Shown here: positions 45,021-55,119 of the stretch, piece by piece
How the letters are laid out: every line of letters starts with the position of its first letter
Position numbering within the stretch: position 1 is the first letter of the stretch
IMG/VR virus record: IMGVR_UViG_3300036766_000416
Location: 96,001 to 160,000 of that record
Length of the DNA: 64,000 nucleotides
Strand: one strand, 5' to 3'
From: a virus
The notes under the pieces: model-generated
Database searches by the model: none
Told to the model about the DNA's origin: nothing
The model's input: only the letters and a program-made list of their open reading frames with translations
Position numbers and translations under genes: made by a program

Positions 45021-46040
45021 ATGAGCTTGATGGATCGAATCAAAAAAACCAGCAGCATAGAAATCGCTAGTGTCCTTGACGAATCAGAGGTATTCGGTGA
45101 GCGCCAACTCATTCTCACCGAGGTTCCAGTCATCAACATCGCCCTCTCCGGTACCCTAAAGGGTGGTTTGACTTCGGGTGTCACAGAGATTGCTGGACCC
45201 TCCAAACATTTCAAAACGGGTATTGCGTTGCTCTTGATGCGAGCATTCCTCAAGCAGTACCAAGATGGCGCAATTTTATTTTATGATGCCGAGTTTGGTA
45301 CCCCAGGTTCCTACTTCCAGACCTTCGGGATCGACATGAAGAAGGTCTTCCACACCCCCATCACCGACGTCGAACAACTCAAGCAAGACATCATGAAACA
45401 GTTGGTTGAGATGAAACGCGGAGACCACCTGATGATCGTCATTGACTCTATCGGACAATTGGCCTCACTCAAAGAAGTGGAAGATACCCTTGAAGGTAAG
45501 TCGGTGGCCGACATGACAAGGGCAAAGGCGATCAAGTCGTTGTTTCGTATGATCACCCCACACCTGAGAATCAAGGATATCCCATTGGTTGTGGTGAATC
45601 ACACCTACATGGAAATTGGTATGTTCCCTAAGGCTATCGCAAGTGGTGGTACGGGTATGACGTATGCTGCCGATACCATCTGGATTGTGGGTCGCCAACA
45701 GGAAAAGGTAGACAACGCGGTCGCTGGATTCAACTTCATTATCAATGTGGAGAAATCACGATTCGTGAAAGAGAAATCAAAGTTGCCCATCTCCGTGTCA
45801 TTCGAGAAGGGTATCGAACAGTATTCTGGTCTCCTAGAGATTGCTCTAGAGGGTGGGTTCGTGCTCAAGCCATTGCCTGGATGGTACGCGAAGCCGGGTG
45901 CCAAGACCAAGGTGCGCGAGGTAGACACCAAGACCGAAGAGTTTTGGAAGGACATTCTAGCCAATGAGGAATTTGATGCGTATATTCGAAAGCGTTTTGA
46001 AATGGCTTACGGCCAAATTTTGGGGAGTGACAACACCTAA
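45021..46040 (+). CDS. uvsX: RecA-like recombinase UvsX
   Basis: INIALSG...GG, AGPSKHFKT, FYDAEFG, IDSIGQLAS.KE, ADMTRAK..KSLFR, VNHTY, EKSRFVKEK. Confidence 0.96.
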   Translation: MSLMDRIKKTSSIEIASVLDESEVFGERQLILTEVPVINIALSGTLKGGLTSGVTEIAGPSKHFKTGIALLLMRAFLKQYQDGAILFYDAEFGTPGSYFQTFGIDMKKVFHTPITDVEQLKQDIMKQLVEMKRGDHLMIVIDSIGQLASLKEVEDTLEGKSVADMTRAKAIKSLFRMITPHLRIKDIPLVVVNHTYMEIGMFPKAIASGGTGMTYAADTIWIVGRQQEKVDNAVAGFNFIINVEKSRFVKEKSKLPISVSFEKGIEQYSGLLEIALEGGFVLKPLPGWYAKPGAKTKVREVDTKTEEFWKDILANEEFDAYIRKRFEMAYGQILGSDNT

Positions 46041-46353
46041 GGTTCTCCCACAAGAGGGTATTGACTATGTGTTTGTCGATATCACCCTCGACGAACCTAT
46101 CAGTGCGGTGAAGCTACTCCTAGAACCCTATCAGGGTATCATTTATTATTATGGCTGGGTGAAACCTCAACCACTCGACGACGGTGTGATGGGCCTTGCG
46201 TTTCAATACACGCTCTATGAAACCGCAGGTCGACCATATAAAGACCTTGTGAATTCGAAAGAGTTCACAAATTACCTGGGTGACGTGCTTACCACAATCA
46301 TTATGAATGAGCAGCATAAATTAGAGTCAGTGACCATGAAGGACAGCGAATGA
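46027..46353 (+). CDS. gp40-like head vertex assembly chaperone / hypothetical protein
   Basis: Syntenic position between uvsX and gp41; PYQGIIYYYG.V pattern. Confidence 0.5.
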   Translation: MTTPKVLPQEGIDYVFVDITLDEPISAVKLLLEPYQGIIYYYGWVKPQPLDDGVMGLAFQYTLYETAGRPYKDLVNSKEFTNYLGDVLTTIIMNEQHKLESVTMKDSE

Positions 46354-47750
46354 TCCGTTTGGAGTCGGCAATCCTCAAGAACCTGATCTACCACGAGGAA
46401 TACGCTCGCAAAGTCTTGCCCTTTCTCAAGACGGAGTATTTCAAAGAGCACACCGAGCAACTGATCTACGAGCAGATCGCCAAGTTCATTGATACCTACC
46501 ACAACCTGCCTACCCATGAAGCGTTGGTTATCACGATCACCGAGCTTCACAACCTCAAAGAGGAACAGGTCCAGCAAGCCGTCTCATTATTGCAGCAGCT
46601 ACACGCCGACAAACAAGAACCCACTGATATTCCCTGGCTCATTGCTCAGACCGAACGGTTCTGTCAGGACTCCGCGCTCTACAATTCGGTACTTGAAGCG
46701 GTGTCGATCATGGACGACAAGACGGGCAAGAAATCAAAGGGATCGATACCCGACCTCCTCACCAAAGCGTTATCCGTGACATTTGATAATCATGTGGGTC
46801 ATGATTACATGACGCAGTCAGATTCTCGGTACGAGTTTTACCACCATACCGAGAAGAAGATTCCGTTTGATCTAGATTATTTCAACAGGATTACTCGTGG
46901 TGGATTCTCTCTCAAGACTCTCAACATTTTCCTGGCTGGAGTTGGAGTTGGTAAAACTTTGGTCATGGGGCACATGGCAGCCTCAGCACTTAGTCGAGGT
47001 TACAATGTTTTGTATATCACCATGGAAATGGCTGAGGAGAAAATTGCTGAACGCATTGATGCGAACCTGCTCAATGTGGATATCAACACCCTGGAGAAGA
47101 TTGCGAAAGAGGATTATGAGAAGCGATTTGCGATTCTCAAGTCCAAGACCTGTGGCAAACTAATCATTAAGGAATATCCGACCGCTTCTGCATCGACACT
47201 TCATTTTGCCGCGCTGCTGAATGAATTGCAACTCAAGAAATCGTTTCGTCCCGATTTGATTTTCATTGATTACTTGAATATCTGTGCTTCCTCTAGGATT
47301 CGTCCAGGTGGCAATGTGAATTCTTATACCTACATCAAAGCCATTGCGGAAGAACTGAGAGGTCTCGCAGTCGAATACAAGGTTCCTGTGATTTCAGCGA
47401 CCCAAACGACTCGCCAGGGATTCGATTCGAGTGACCTGGAACTGACGGACACCTCAGAGTCCTTTGGGTTACCGGCAACAGCCGATTTTATGGCTGCTAT
47501 TATTAGTAATGATGAATTGGAAGCCCTGAATCAGTTTATGGTCAAGCAGTTAAAAAATCGTTACATGGATAAGGCTACAAATAAGAGATTTGTAGTGGGT
47601 GTGGACAAATCAAAAATGAGATTATACGATATCGCTGCGAGTGCTCAGACGAATTTGACTGATGCCGGCCAGGTTAAGAATGAGGAAGATGAAGAAGTGA
47701 GAAAACCATTCGAGCACAAGAAACGAGACTTTAGGGGGTTCAAAATTTAA
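46350..47750 (+). CDS. gp41: Replicative DnaB-like helicase
   Basis: IPFDLDYFN.IT.GG, LAGVGVGKTL, MEMAEEKIAERIDANL, IIKEYPT, IFIDYLNIC, IAEELRGLA, SESFGLPATAD, QLKNRY. Confidence 0.97.
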   Translation: MIRLESAILKNLIYHEEYARKVLPFLKTEYFKEHTEQLIYEQIAKFIDTYHNLPTHEALVITITELHNLKEEQVQQAVSLLQQLHADKQEPTDIPWLIAQTERFCQDSALYNSVLEAVSIMDDKTGKKSKGSIPDLLTKALSVTFDNHVGHDYMTQSDSRYEFYHHTEKKIPFDLDYFNRITRGGFSLKTLNIFLAGVGVGKTLVMGHMAASALSRGYNVLYITMEMAEEKIAERIDANLLNVDINTLEKIAKEDYEKRFAILKSKTCGKLIIKEYPTASASTLHFAALLNELQLKKSFRPDLIFIDYLNICASSRIRPGGNVNSYTYIKAIAEELRGLAVEYKVPVISATQTTRQGFDSSDLELTDTSESFGLPATADFMAAIISNDELEALNQFMVKQLKNRYMDKATNKRFVVGVDKSKMRLYDIAASAQTNLTDAGQVKNEEDEEVRKPFEHKKRDFRGFKI

Positions 47751-47751
47751 T

Positions 47752-48351
47752 ATGAAAGATGAATTCAACCTCGGTGTCACTGCGTATCATGCTGGGTACC
47801 CTTATGTCGCGGTATTTGATGAGGTGCTTCCAAGAAACTTTTGTCATACCCTTATTGAGAAATTTGAGCGCAATGAGCCTAACGAACAGGTCGAAACTTT
47901 CTATGCTGGTATCAGGCACTTCATCGAGGTCAACATTTCACAGAATTGGCCTGATGAGCACCTAAGACTCCTCGCATACCTGCAAGAAGCCTGGAAGGTC
48001 TACCAGACCGTTCAAGGTCTCCGTGAGACTCAGTACCCCAAACAGTTCGGCTACGAGGCCTTCCGCATGAAACGCTACCTACCCAATGGGCGCGACGAAT
48101 TTGCGCTGCACACCGATGTTGGAAGCTACGCATCTGCTCGTCGTTTCGTGTCGTTTTTGTTTTACCTGAATACGGTGGAGAAGGGTGGTGAAACTGAATT
48201 CGGCAAGACACAAGGTAACGCATCGGTTACAATTCCTGCTGTTACCGGCAGGCTCCTGATATTCCCTCCATTGTGGACGCACCCTCACTGGGGTTGCAAG
48301 GTTGTCAGTGGTCCAAAGTATATCGTATCGGGATACCTGCATTACATATGA
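47752..48351 (+). CDS. 2OG-Fe(II) oxygenase (prolyl-4-hydroxylase-like)
   Basis: MKRY...FALHTDV, FLFYLN.V..GGETEF, GRLLIFPP.WTHPH.G...KYIVSGY. Confidence 0.88.
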   Translation: MKDEFNLGVTAYHAGYPYVAVFDEVLPRNFCHTLIEKFERNEPNEQVETFYAGIRHFIEVNISQNWPDEHLRLLAYLQEAWKVYQTVQGLRETQYPKQFGYEAFRMKRYLPNGRDEFALHTDVGSYASARRFVSFLFYLNTVEKGGETEFGKTQGNASVTIPAVTGRLLIFPPLWTHPHWGCKVVSGPKYIVSGYLHYI

Positions 48352-48980
48352 AACTCACAAAAATTTACAACCTCGTCTATCAGACACCTGAGCGAACGTT
48401 GTCTCTCAAACAAATCCTGAGGCCACTGAGAGCATCATTCAGACCATACCCCTGGATACGGTTCCTCGGTAACATTTTGCCCATCCAATACACCGAATCT
48501 CGGTACTCAACGGTGCCCGCTGATAATCTGTTGTGTGTCACGGGTCACTTCGATCCTGACTACCAGGGTCGCTCAGTGTGTTTCGTGACACTCAGTAATT
48601 ACTCACAGGACCCCCAGAAAAAAATTCGATTTATGGGTACCCTCAGGCACCGCATCCTGTTCGATGTGTTTGCGACCATTGCTCACGAGCGCATCCACAT
48701 GCTCCAGAATTATAAAGCTACTGGGTGCCCACGACCTCTCCATGACCGCTATGCGGACCCTGTCACTGAGAGAAACCGAAGGTACTATGGGGCCACCAAC
48801 GAGATCGACGCCTATGGGTTCACTGCGGCCCTTGAGGAGCACTATGGGGAGCAACCAGATATCCTCACCAGGTACCGAACGGTCTTTGCGCCTGATGACC
48901 TATGTTACAAGAGGTTCCTCAAAAAGAAGGTGAAATACAGCTTGACATTGCCCCAGGTCCGTGTTATAACGGGAATATAA
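48348..48980 (+). CDS. Hypothetical protein with HExxH (zincin-like) motif
   Basis: AHERIH ... YY...NEIDAY. Confidence 0.6.
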   Translation: MKLTKIYNLVYQTPERTLSLKQILRPLRASFRPYPWIRFLGNILPIQYTESRYSTVPADNLLCVTGHFDPDYQGRSVCFVTLSNYSQDPQKKIRFMGTLRHRILFDVFATIAHERIHMLQNYKATGCPRPLHDRYADPVTERNRRYYGATNEIDAYGFTAALEEHYGEQPDILTRYRTVFAPDDLCYKRFLKKKVKYSLTLPQVRVITGI

Positions 48981-48983
48981 ATA
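48976..48983 (+). promoter_or_regulatory. T4 late promoter TATAAATA (a sigma70-like TTGACA-N17-TATAAC lies at 48942-48970)
   Basis: Exact late consensus upstream of a GGAGG SD. Confidence 0.75.
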
Positions 48984-49004
48984 CATTATCACCTGGAGGG
49001 AAAA

Positions 49005-50240
49005 ATGTCCAAGCAAGCCGATCTACAGGAAACAGCACAAGCATTGTTCTGCGCGATGGCAGATTACTTGGGTGTCGCCAAGGTTGAAACGATATTTGAC
49101 TTGAAAGTGAACGACACATATACCAAGTTCAAAGAAGCCTGGGATTCAAAACATCCCTCACTCACGGTCAGCACAGTGCTCAAGACGCGAGTGGATGCGC
49201 CCGGTGACTCGCTGAAAGAAATTGAAGCATTGTTTCACCGCGACAACGACTGGTATAAATCTTCTGTCCAGATTGCTAAAAAAGTCATAGAAGAAGTGGA
49301 CGCGATCAGTACAAAATTTGCGCGAATCAAATCACCGAATTGGTCTGATTTGTTCTACTCTCGTGGTGATAAAGAGGTGATGGGTAATATCTCTGCGTTG
49401 TTCTCGATTGCCAATGGCACACAGAAGAAACTTAATGCCTTACCCAACGCTGCTCACAAAACTATTTTTACGAATTTGAATAAGTGGTGTCCTGCTGATA
49501 TTTACTTTGCCTCGGAAAAAGCCAAGCGAGACATCAAAGAGTTATTGCGGGTGAATCAGAATAAATCCATGACATTCACCGTGTTGAATGGTCTTGTGAG
49601 TTCGTTAATTGATTCGGGCGACCTGTTGCCCCTCTCGTTGAAACAACAGCCCGGCACCGTCACCATTAAAAAGGTGAATTTCGACAGAAAGAAAGAACTG
49701 GAGGATATGGAGAAGTTCCAATTTCTCAGTGTTGAGAAGTGGGAGCCTTATGTAAAAAATGGAAAACAGGCTCGTTACCTGAGTATTCGTTACGATCCCG
49801 CAAGTCCCAGGAGTTTTATTTATATTCGGCACGACCCCGCCACCCCGGCATTCAAGGCTGAAGTGGTACATGCCTCAGGAGGTGCGACTGTCTCGCGTGA
49901 AGGCTCCGCTCCTCCAGGAGTGATGGAAAAAGCCATAGCTCTTGCTGATGGCAATACCAACTATTCCAGGAAATTCTTCAAGACATTCAAGGACGGAGAA
50001 GCGGAATTTGCCAAGGAAATGAAAACGAAAAGAATGACCGAGATGAAGTCAAAAGACAGGACGAAGTTCGATGTGGAACGGACCTGGCTTAGTTCTTCTC
50101 TTATCACGAATGCTGTCTTTCCAGAACTCATTAAGTGGTTGAAGCGAGATAAAAAGAATTCCACCAGATTCGTGCAGTTGGTGTTCGCTTACACGACGTC
50201 CCGTTCTGATGAATCCGGTAAGTTTGTGATCGCCAAATAG
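49005..50240 (+). CDS. Hypothetical protein, possible PD-(D/E)xK nuclease fold
   Basis: KWCPADIYF ... LLPLSLK resembles a PD...(D/E/S)xK arrangement. Confidence 0.5.
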   Translation: MSKQADLQETAQALFCAMADYLGVAKVETIFDLKVNDTYTKFKEAWDSKHPSLTVSTVLKTRVDAPGDSLKEIEALFHRDNDWYKSSVQIAKKVIEEVDAISTKFARIKSPNWSDLFYSRGDKEVMGNISALFSIANGTQKKLNALPNAAHKTIFTNLNKWCPADIYFASEKAKRDIKELLRVNQNKSMTFTVLNGLVSSLIDSGDLLPLSLKQQPGTVTIKKVNFDRKKELEDMEKFQFLSVEKWEPYVKNGKQARYLSIRYDPASPRSFIYIRHDPATPAFKAEVVHASGGATVSREGSAPPGVMEKAIALADGNTNYSRKFFKTFKDGEAEFAKEMKTKRMTEMKSKDRTKFDVERTWLSSSLITNAVFPELIKWLKRDKKNSTRFVQLVFAYTTSRSDESGKFVIAK

Positions 50241-50256
50241 CATGGAAGCTGTTCAT

Positions 50257-51480
50257 ATGTCTCTCAAAACGTTTATCACAGAATCCTCTGAGGGTAAGAA
50301 TGTGCACCTAGAGCACCTCGAAGACCAGGTGTTGAATCGTGGGGTTGATGGTGCTCGTGAGGCGATCAATTTTCTCCGTAGTCTACGTGACATGCTCTCA
50401 GGGCACACTGAGAAACCCATCAACGTCACTACCAAGTTCGATGGAGCCCCTGCGGTGATCTGTGGGCTCAATCCAGAAAACGGTAAGTTCTTCGTAGGCA
50501 CCAAGGGGGTGTTCAACAAGACCGCCAAGCTGAACTATACGGAACACGATATCGACCTGAACCATCCATCTGAAGGTCTCAACAATAAGCTCAAGGTCTG
50601 CCTTCGCTATCTTCCAAAATTAGGAATAAAAGGGATTCTCCAAGGCGACCTCATGTTTACAAAAGGTGACATAAAATCCGAAACCATTGAAGGAGAAAAA
50701 TATGTTACCTTTACTCCGAATACTCTTACCTATGCTATTCCTGCCGGTACTACTCTTGCTAGCCGTATTCTTTCTGCTGCTCTGGGCATAGTGTTTCACA
50801 CGGAGTACCATGGCACCACAATGGCGGGTCTCAAGGCGTCCTACAAGGTCGACCTAGGGTACCTGCATCACTCGAAAGAGGTCTGGTTCAGGAACGCGGA
50901 TTTGGTAGACGAGAGCGGCACAGTGAGTTTCACGGTAGCTGAAACGGCGCACTGTACCTCCTTGCTCGCAGTGGCAGGCACGATGTTCCAAGCGATCAAC
51001 GGTAAAGTTCTGAACCAGATTGCGCTGAACACGGTCTACCGTGACTACCTCAAGACCTTCAACAACTCCAAGGTCCACGAAGGTGCAGCGATTACCAATA
51101 CTGTTCAGCACACCAACGAGTTTATCCGATGGCTCGATGCCAAGATGACGGCTGCAATCGGTGAAGCGAAGCAACCCGATACGAAGCGCAAGCGCACCCA
51201 GGAGAAAACCCTGGTGCTTGGATTTTTTAGGGCTCATGCAGCCGACTTACGTGATATTTTCAACTTGACAAACCAGTTGGTATATGCTAAACTATTGATC
51301 GTCCAAAAGCTTCAACAGGTCCAGGGCACCCGAAAGTTTTTCAAGACCGCTGACGGCTACCAAGTCACAGGTGACGAAGGCTATGTGGCTGTGGATCACG
51401 TTGGGAACGCGGTGAAGCTGGTTGACCGCTTGCAGTTCTCACACCAGAATTTTACCGCTTCTAAAATATGGGATAAATGA
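50257..51480 (+). CDS. Conserved T4-like hypothetical protein with KxDG motif
   Basis: KNVHLEHLED, TTKFDGAPA, QGDLMF, F.PNT..Y, EGYVA.D..G.AVKLVDR..FS. Confidence 0.7.
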   Translation: MSLKTFITESSEGKNVHLEHLEDQVLNRGVDGAREAINFLRSLRDMLSGHTEKPINVTTKFDGAPAVICGLNPENGKFFVGTKGVFNKTAKLNYTEHDIDLNHPSEGLNNKLKVCLRYLPKLGIKGILQGDLMFTKGDIKSETIEGEKYVTFTPNTLTYAIPAGTTLASRILSAALGIVFHTEYHGTTMAGLKASYKVDLGYLHHSKEVWFRNADLVDESGTVSFTVAETAHCTSLLAVAGTMFQAINGKVLNQIALNTVYRDYLKTFNNSKVHEGAAITNTVQHTNEFIRWLDAKMTAAIGEAKQPDTKRKRTQEKTLVLGFFRAHAADLRDIFNLTNQLVYAKLLIVQKLQQVQGTRKFFKTADGYQVTGDEGYVAVDHVGNAVKLVDRLQFSHQNFTASKIWDK

Positions 51481-52071
51481 ATGAGATTCAAACATCATAT
51501 AATTCCTCTTCATGAATGGCGCCGTAGGATCAACCCCAAAGCCAACAGGCACAATAAAGAATACAATGCCCCAGACAATGTGGTTTGGCTGACGCTTGAG
51601 CAGCATATTCAGGTGCACCAATTACTTTATGAATTGAATGGAAGTGAGTGTGATAGGATTGCGTATTCTCGAATGTCAGGACAGATGGGATGTTGGGAGG
51701 CAACCATAGCAGCGGCACGCCTAGCCAATACAGGGAAAAAACACACCGAGGAGACAAAGCATAAGTGGTCTGTTATGAGGATGGGTAGCAAACACACAGA
51801 AGAGTGGAAACGGGATACCTCTTCTCGGATGAAAGGAAATACGTTTTGTGTCGGATATAAGTACACACTAGAACAACGAGAAGCCCGATCAAGAGGTATG
51901 ATCGGAAAACAAAATGCTTTGGGTACCATACAAACCGCAGAGAATAAGCGGCGAAAGAGTGAAGCCGCGAAGAAAAGGTGGAAATTATGGAGAGAGAAAA
52001 AAGAGACCTTGTTATTGGGGCCATCGACAAATATAATTTTGAACAAATTGCCCCCTGGGTTAATAGTTTAG
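51481..52071 (+). CDS. HNH homing endonuclease
   Basis: KHHIIPLHEW...NVVWLTLEQHIQVH; NUMOD3-like KHTEETK repeats. Confidence 0.85.
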   Translation: MRFKHHIIPLHEWRRRINPKANRHNKEYNAPDNVVWLTLEQHIQVHQLLYELNGSECDRIAYSRMSGQMGCWEATIAAARLANTGKKHTEETKHKWSVMRMGSKHTEEWKRDTSSRMKGNTFCVGYKYTLEQREARSRGMIGKQNALGTIQTAENKRRKSEAAKKRWKLWREKKETLLLGPSTNIILNKLPPGLIV

Positions 52072-52865
52072 ATAGATCGGGATTTAGTGGAATCAAGGCA
52101 GTTGTTGCCTACAATATCAACCATGCGACCTGTGAAGAACTCACCAAGCGCGGTTATTCCATTCTTGCTTTTCAGAGGGACCCTGTCAGTGGTGACCTTA
52201 GTTATCCAAGTCGGGATTATGCTGTTGTTACGGACCGATTTTTACACTACTACCTTATGCTCAATAACCCACAGAACGCCGAGGGCATTAGGTACGTCAT
52301 TGCGACCGACGCAAAGGACGTGATCTTTCAGCGCAACCCTTCAGATTTTCTTAACGGTTGCAACCCAGGTATCGTCGCTTCCTCTGAGGGTATCGCATAC
52401 GAGCATGAGCCTTGGGGTCGAAACAATCTCACCCAATCCTTCGGTCCCCTCGTGTATGAACAGCACAAAACAAACACCATTATCAATTGTGGAGTTCTCG
52501 CTGGTACCTTCAGTCACTTCATGGGTCTCTGTAAATCCATCTACCTGATGTCTCATGGTACTGTTCAACATGTTCCTGGAGGTGGTGGTCCCGACCAAGC
52601 GGCACTGAACCTCCTGCTGTCCACTGAGGCTTACAAAGAGTGTACCATGGTGACGACTCATGCTGATGCCTGGGCCTGTCAGGCCGGCACTACTATGGAC
52701 CCCAATAAAATTGATTCGTATAGACCCCATATCACAGAATCATTGCCTCGATTTTATCCTGGAACTGGTGAGGTGATGAATGCGTCAGGTGAACCATACA
52801 CACTGGTACACCAATGGGACCGTGTACCCGAAATTCGTGCAGCCGTCGAAAAGAGATACCGATGA
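51987..52865 (+). CDS. GT-A-like glycosyltransferase
   Basis: VIATDAKDVIFQ.NP, INCGVLAG, DQAALN, VHQWDR. Confidence 0.7.
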   Translation: MEREKRDLVIGAIDKYNFEQIAPWVNSLDRSGFSGIKAVVAYNINHATCEELTKRGYSILAFQRDPVSGDLSYPSRDYAVVTDRFLHYYLMLNNPQNAEGIRYVIATDAKDVIFQRNPSDFLNGCNPGIVASSEGIAYEHEPWGRNNLTQSFGPLVYEQHKTNTIINCGVLAGTFSHFMGLCKSIYLMSHGTVQHVPGGGGPDQAALNLLLSTEAYKECTMVTTHADAWACQAGTTMDPNKIDSYRPHITESLPRFYPGTGEVMNASGEPYTLVHQWDRVPEIRAAVEKRYR

Positions 52866-54100
52866 CCGAGCCATTTCTCGAATGTGAGTTCGGCACCCTG
52901 TATCTTGGTGACTCGCTAGACATCCTGAAAACTCTCGACGACAACTCAGTGGACTCAGTGGTGACCGACCCTCCATATGGGCTCACGAACGCAAGACCTC
53001 AGGTGTTCAAGTCTGTCAGAGACCCCAGTGTGAACAAGGGTGCCAAAGGGTTTATGGGTATGGAATGGGACCATGGGGTACCTGGACCTGACTACTGGGC
53101 CGAGGCGTTCCGCGTAGCGAAGCCAGGAGCCCACATGCTCGCGTTCGGCGGAACGAGAACCTATCACCGTCTTGCGTGTGCGATTGAGGACGCGGGTTGG
53201 GAGATCCGAGACTGCATCATGTGGGTCTATGGGTCCGGGTTCCCAAAGTCCCTCGATATTGGTAAGGCTCTCGACAAGTCAGCAGGAGCCACACGTCAAG
53301 TCACTGGGTCTCGCCAAGGTAACGTGGGCATCCAAGGTGGAAACTTTGGTCGTTCGCCTCTCACGGGTACGATTCTGCAGTATGATGACCCTGTTACTGA
53401 GAACGCCAAGCAATGGGATGGGTGGGGTACCGCTTTGAAGCCAGCCTGGGAGCCGATCATCGTGGCCCGCAAACCCGTCGAGGGTTCTGTATCATCGAAC
53501 GTCCTGAAGTATGGCACCGGTGCGATCAACGTTGATGAGAGCCGTGTAGGTACTCAAGGTGGCACTGAGAGTGTGGGTGATCCCAATTTCAAAAATCAGG
53601 TGTATGGTAAAGGTATGGGTGGACTGGGGATCGTCGATGGTGACAAAGGTCGCTGGCCCGCCAATCTGATCCATGACGGTAGCGAGGAGGTGCTAGAGGT
53701 ATTTCCTGATGCACCTGGGCAGCAATTTGCTGTAGGTCCTGAGCATGGTGACAAAAAATCGATCAATACATTTGGTGATTATGGACCACGACAACAATTT
53801 GAACCTCGTAACGATTCTGGTTCTGCTGCCCGGTTCTTCTATTGCGCGAAGGCCTCCCCGTCAGAACGCGGTGAGACCAACAACCATCCAACGGTCAAGC
53901 CACAAGCCCTCATGCAGTATTTGTGTCGCCTGGTGACCCCTCCAGGGGGCACGGTGCTTGATCCATTCATGGGTTCGGGGAGTACCTGCTTGGCCGCAAA
54001 AGAGACTCGTTTCAAATTCGTGGGTATCGACATGACCCCTAAGTATTGTGAGATTGCGAAGCAACGATTGATAACCTCTGAAGGGATATTCGGTCTATGA
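52862..54100 (+). CDS. DNA methyltransferase (N6-A/N4-C, beta class)
   Basis: LYLGDSL, VVTDPPYG, RDCIMWVYGSGFPKS, ALKPAWEPI, HPTVKP..LM.YL..LVTPPGG.VLDPFMGSGST. Confidence 0.93.
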   Translation: MTEPFLECEFGTLYLGDSLDILKTLDDNSVDSVVTDPPYGLTNARPQVFKSVRDPSVNKGAKGFMGMEWDHGVPGPDYWAEAFRVAKPGAHMLAFGGTRTYHRLACAIEDAGWEIRDCIMWVYGSGFPKSLDIGKALDKSAGATRQVTGSRQGNVGIQGGNFGRSPLTGTILQYDDPVTENAKQWDGWGTALKPAWEPIIVARKPVEGSVSSNVLKYGTGAINVDESRVGTQGGTESVGDPNFKNQVYGKGMGGLGIVDGDKGRWPANLIHDGSEEVLEVFPDAPGQQFAVGPEHGDKKSINTFGDYGPRQQFEPRNDSGSAARFFYCAKASPSERGETNNHPTVKPQALMQYLCRLVTPPGGTVLDPFMGSGSTCLAAKETRFKFVGIDMTPKYCEIAKQRLITSEGIFGL

Positions 54101-55119
54101 CAACCGCCGAAGCACCGGAACCTCAAGGGTACAAAGTAGAGATAACTGTTCAGAAGAAACCACGACGGTTCTTGTTCGTGGTCCATCGGTACGCACCGTT
54201 TCCTGGTGGCTCAGAGAACTACGTAAAGGACATGGCCGAAGAGACTATGCTACGTGGTCACTCTGTCGCGGTGTTCGCCGGTGAGCATATGGGTGACTAC
54301 CACGGTATCAGAGTATCCTCAGAACCTAGCATCCTCACCGAACCCTGGGACCTCATCATCGTCCATGGTGGTGACGTAGGCATCCAGAATTTTGTGCTGA
54401 AGCACGCCGACAAGCTCGGTGGACCTGTGCTCTATCTCCTGATACTCCCATCGAATTCTGTTGAGTGTGTGAGTGCGCTGCACCGTGTCTCATTCATCGG
54501 CTGCAGTACCATCGCTGACTGGCGCCACGTCGATGCCTACAAGGCACAGAGCCGCGCCGTCAGAGTGCGCCACGGAATCAACCTTGAGGGTTCAATCGGA
54601 CATCCTGGATTCAAGTCCAAGCATAATATCAAAACAAAAAATATGTTCCTGTCGTCTGGTGGATTTTGGCCCAACAAGGCATTCGGTGAATTGGTTGACG
54701 TGTTCAAGAGCAATCACCGCACGGATACCACGTTGGTTTTGACTGGTTATGATAACCGTCATGGAATCATGCCACCTGACGAAGAATTTGTGCGTTCGTT
54801 TTTGCTTGATGACCGTCGTGAAATGCTCTCGGCTCTCATGGACGCGGACCTCTACGTCCTCAACAGTACCTCAGAGGGATTTGGATTGGTCTTACTGGAG
54901 TCGATGGTCAACATGACACCCTGGGCAGCCAGGAGCATCGCTGGTGCTGAACTGATGCGCGAGTATGGGTTTACCTACAACACACCACAAGAATTGGGTA
55001 CGTTTCTTCATTCGTTTATGGGCGCCCCCGGGCCTCACTTGCTGGAAGCTCAGAAATACGCGATCACCACGCACCTGATCAAGCACACGGTTGATGATAT
55101 TCTACATGTGGGACTATGA
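54097..55119 (+). CDS. GT-B glycosyltransferase (GT4-like)
   Basis: RYAPFPGGSENY, GFWPNK, DLYVLNS.SEGFGLVLLESM. Confidence 0.85.
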   Translation: MTTAEAPEPQGYKVEITVQKKPRRFLFVVHRYAPFPGGSENYVKDMAEETMLRGHSVAVFAGEHMGDYHGIRVSSEPSILTEPWDLIIVHGGDVGIQNFVLKHADKLGGPVLYLLILPSNSVECVSALHRVSFIGCSTIADWRHVDAYKAQSRAVRVRHGINLEGSIGHPGFKSKHNIKTKNMFLSSGGFWPNKAFGELVDVFKSNHRTDTTLVLTGYDNRHGIMPPDEEFVRSFLLDDRREMLSALMDADLYVLNSTSEGFGLVLLESMVNMTPWAARSIAGAELMREYGFTYNTPQELGTFLHSFMGAPGPHLLEAQKYAITTHLIKHTVDDILHVGL

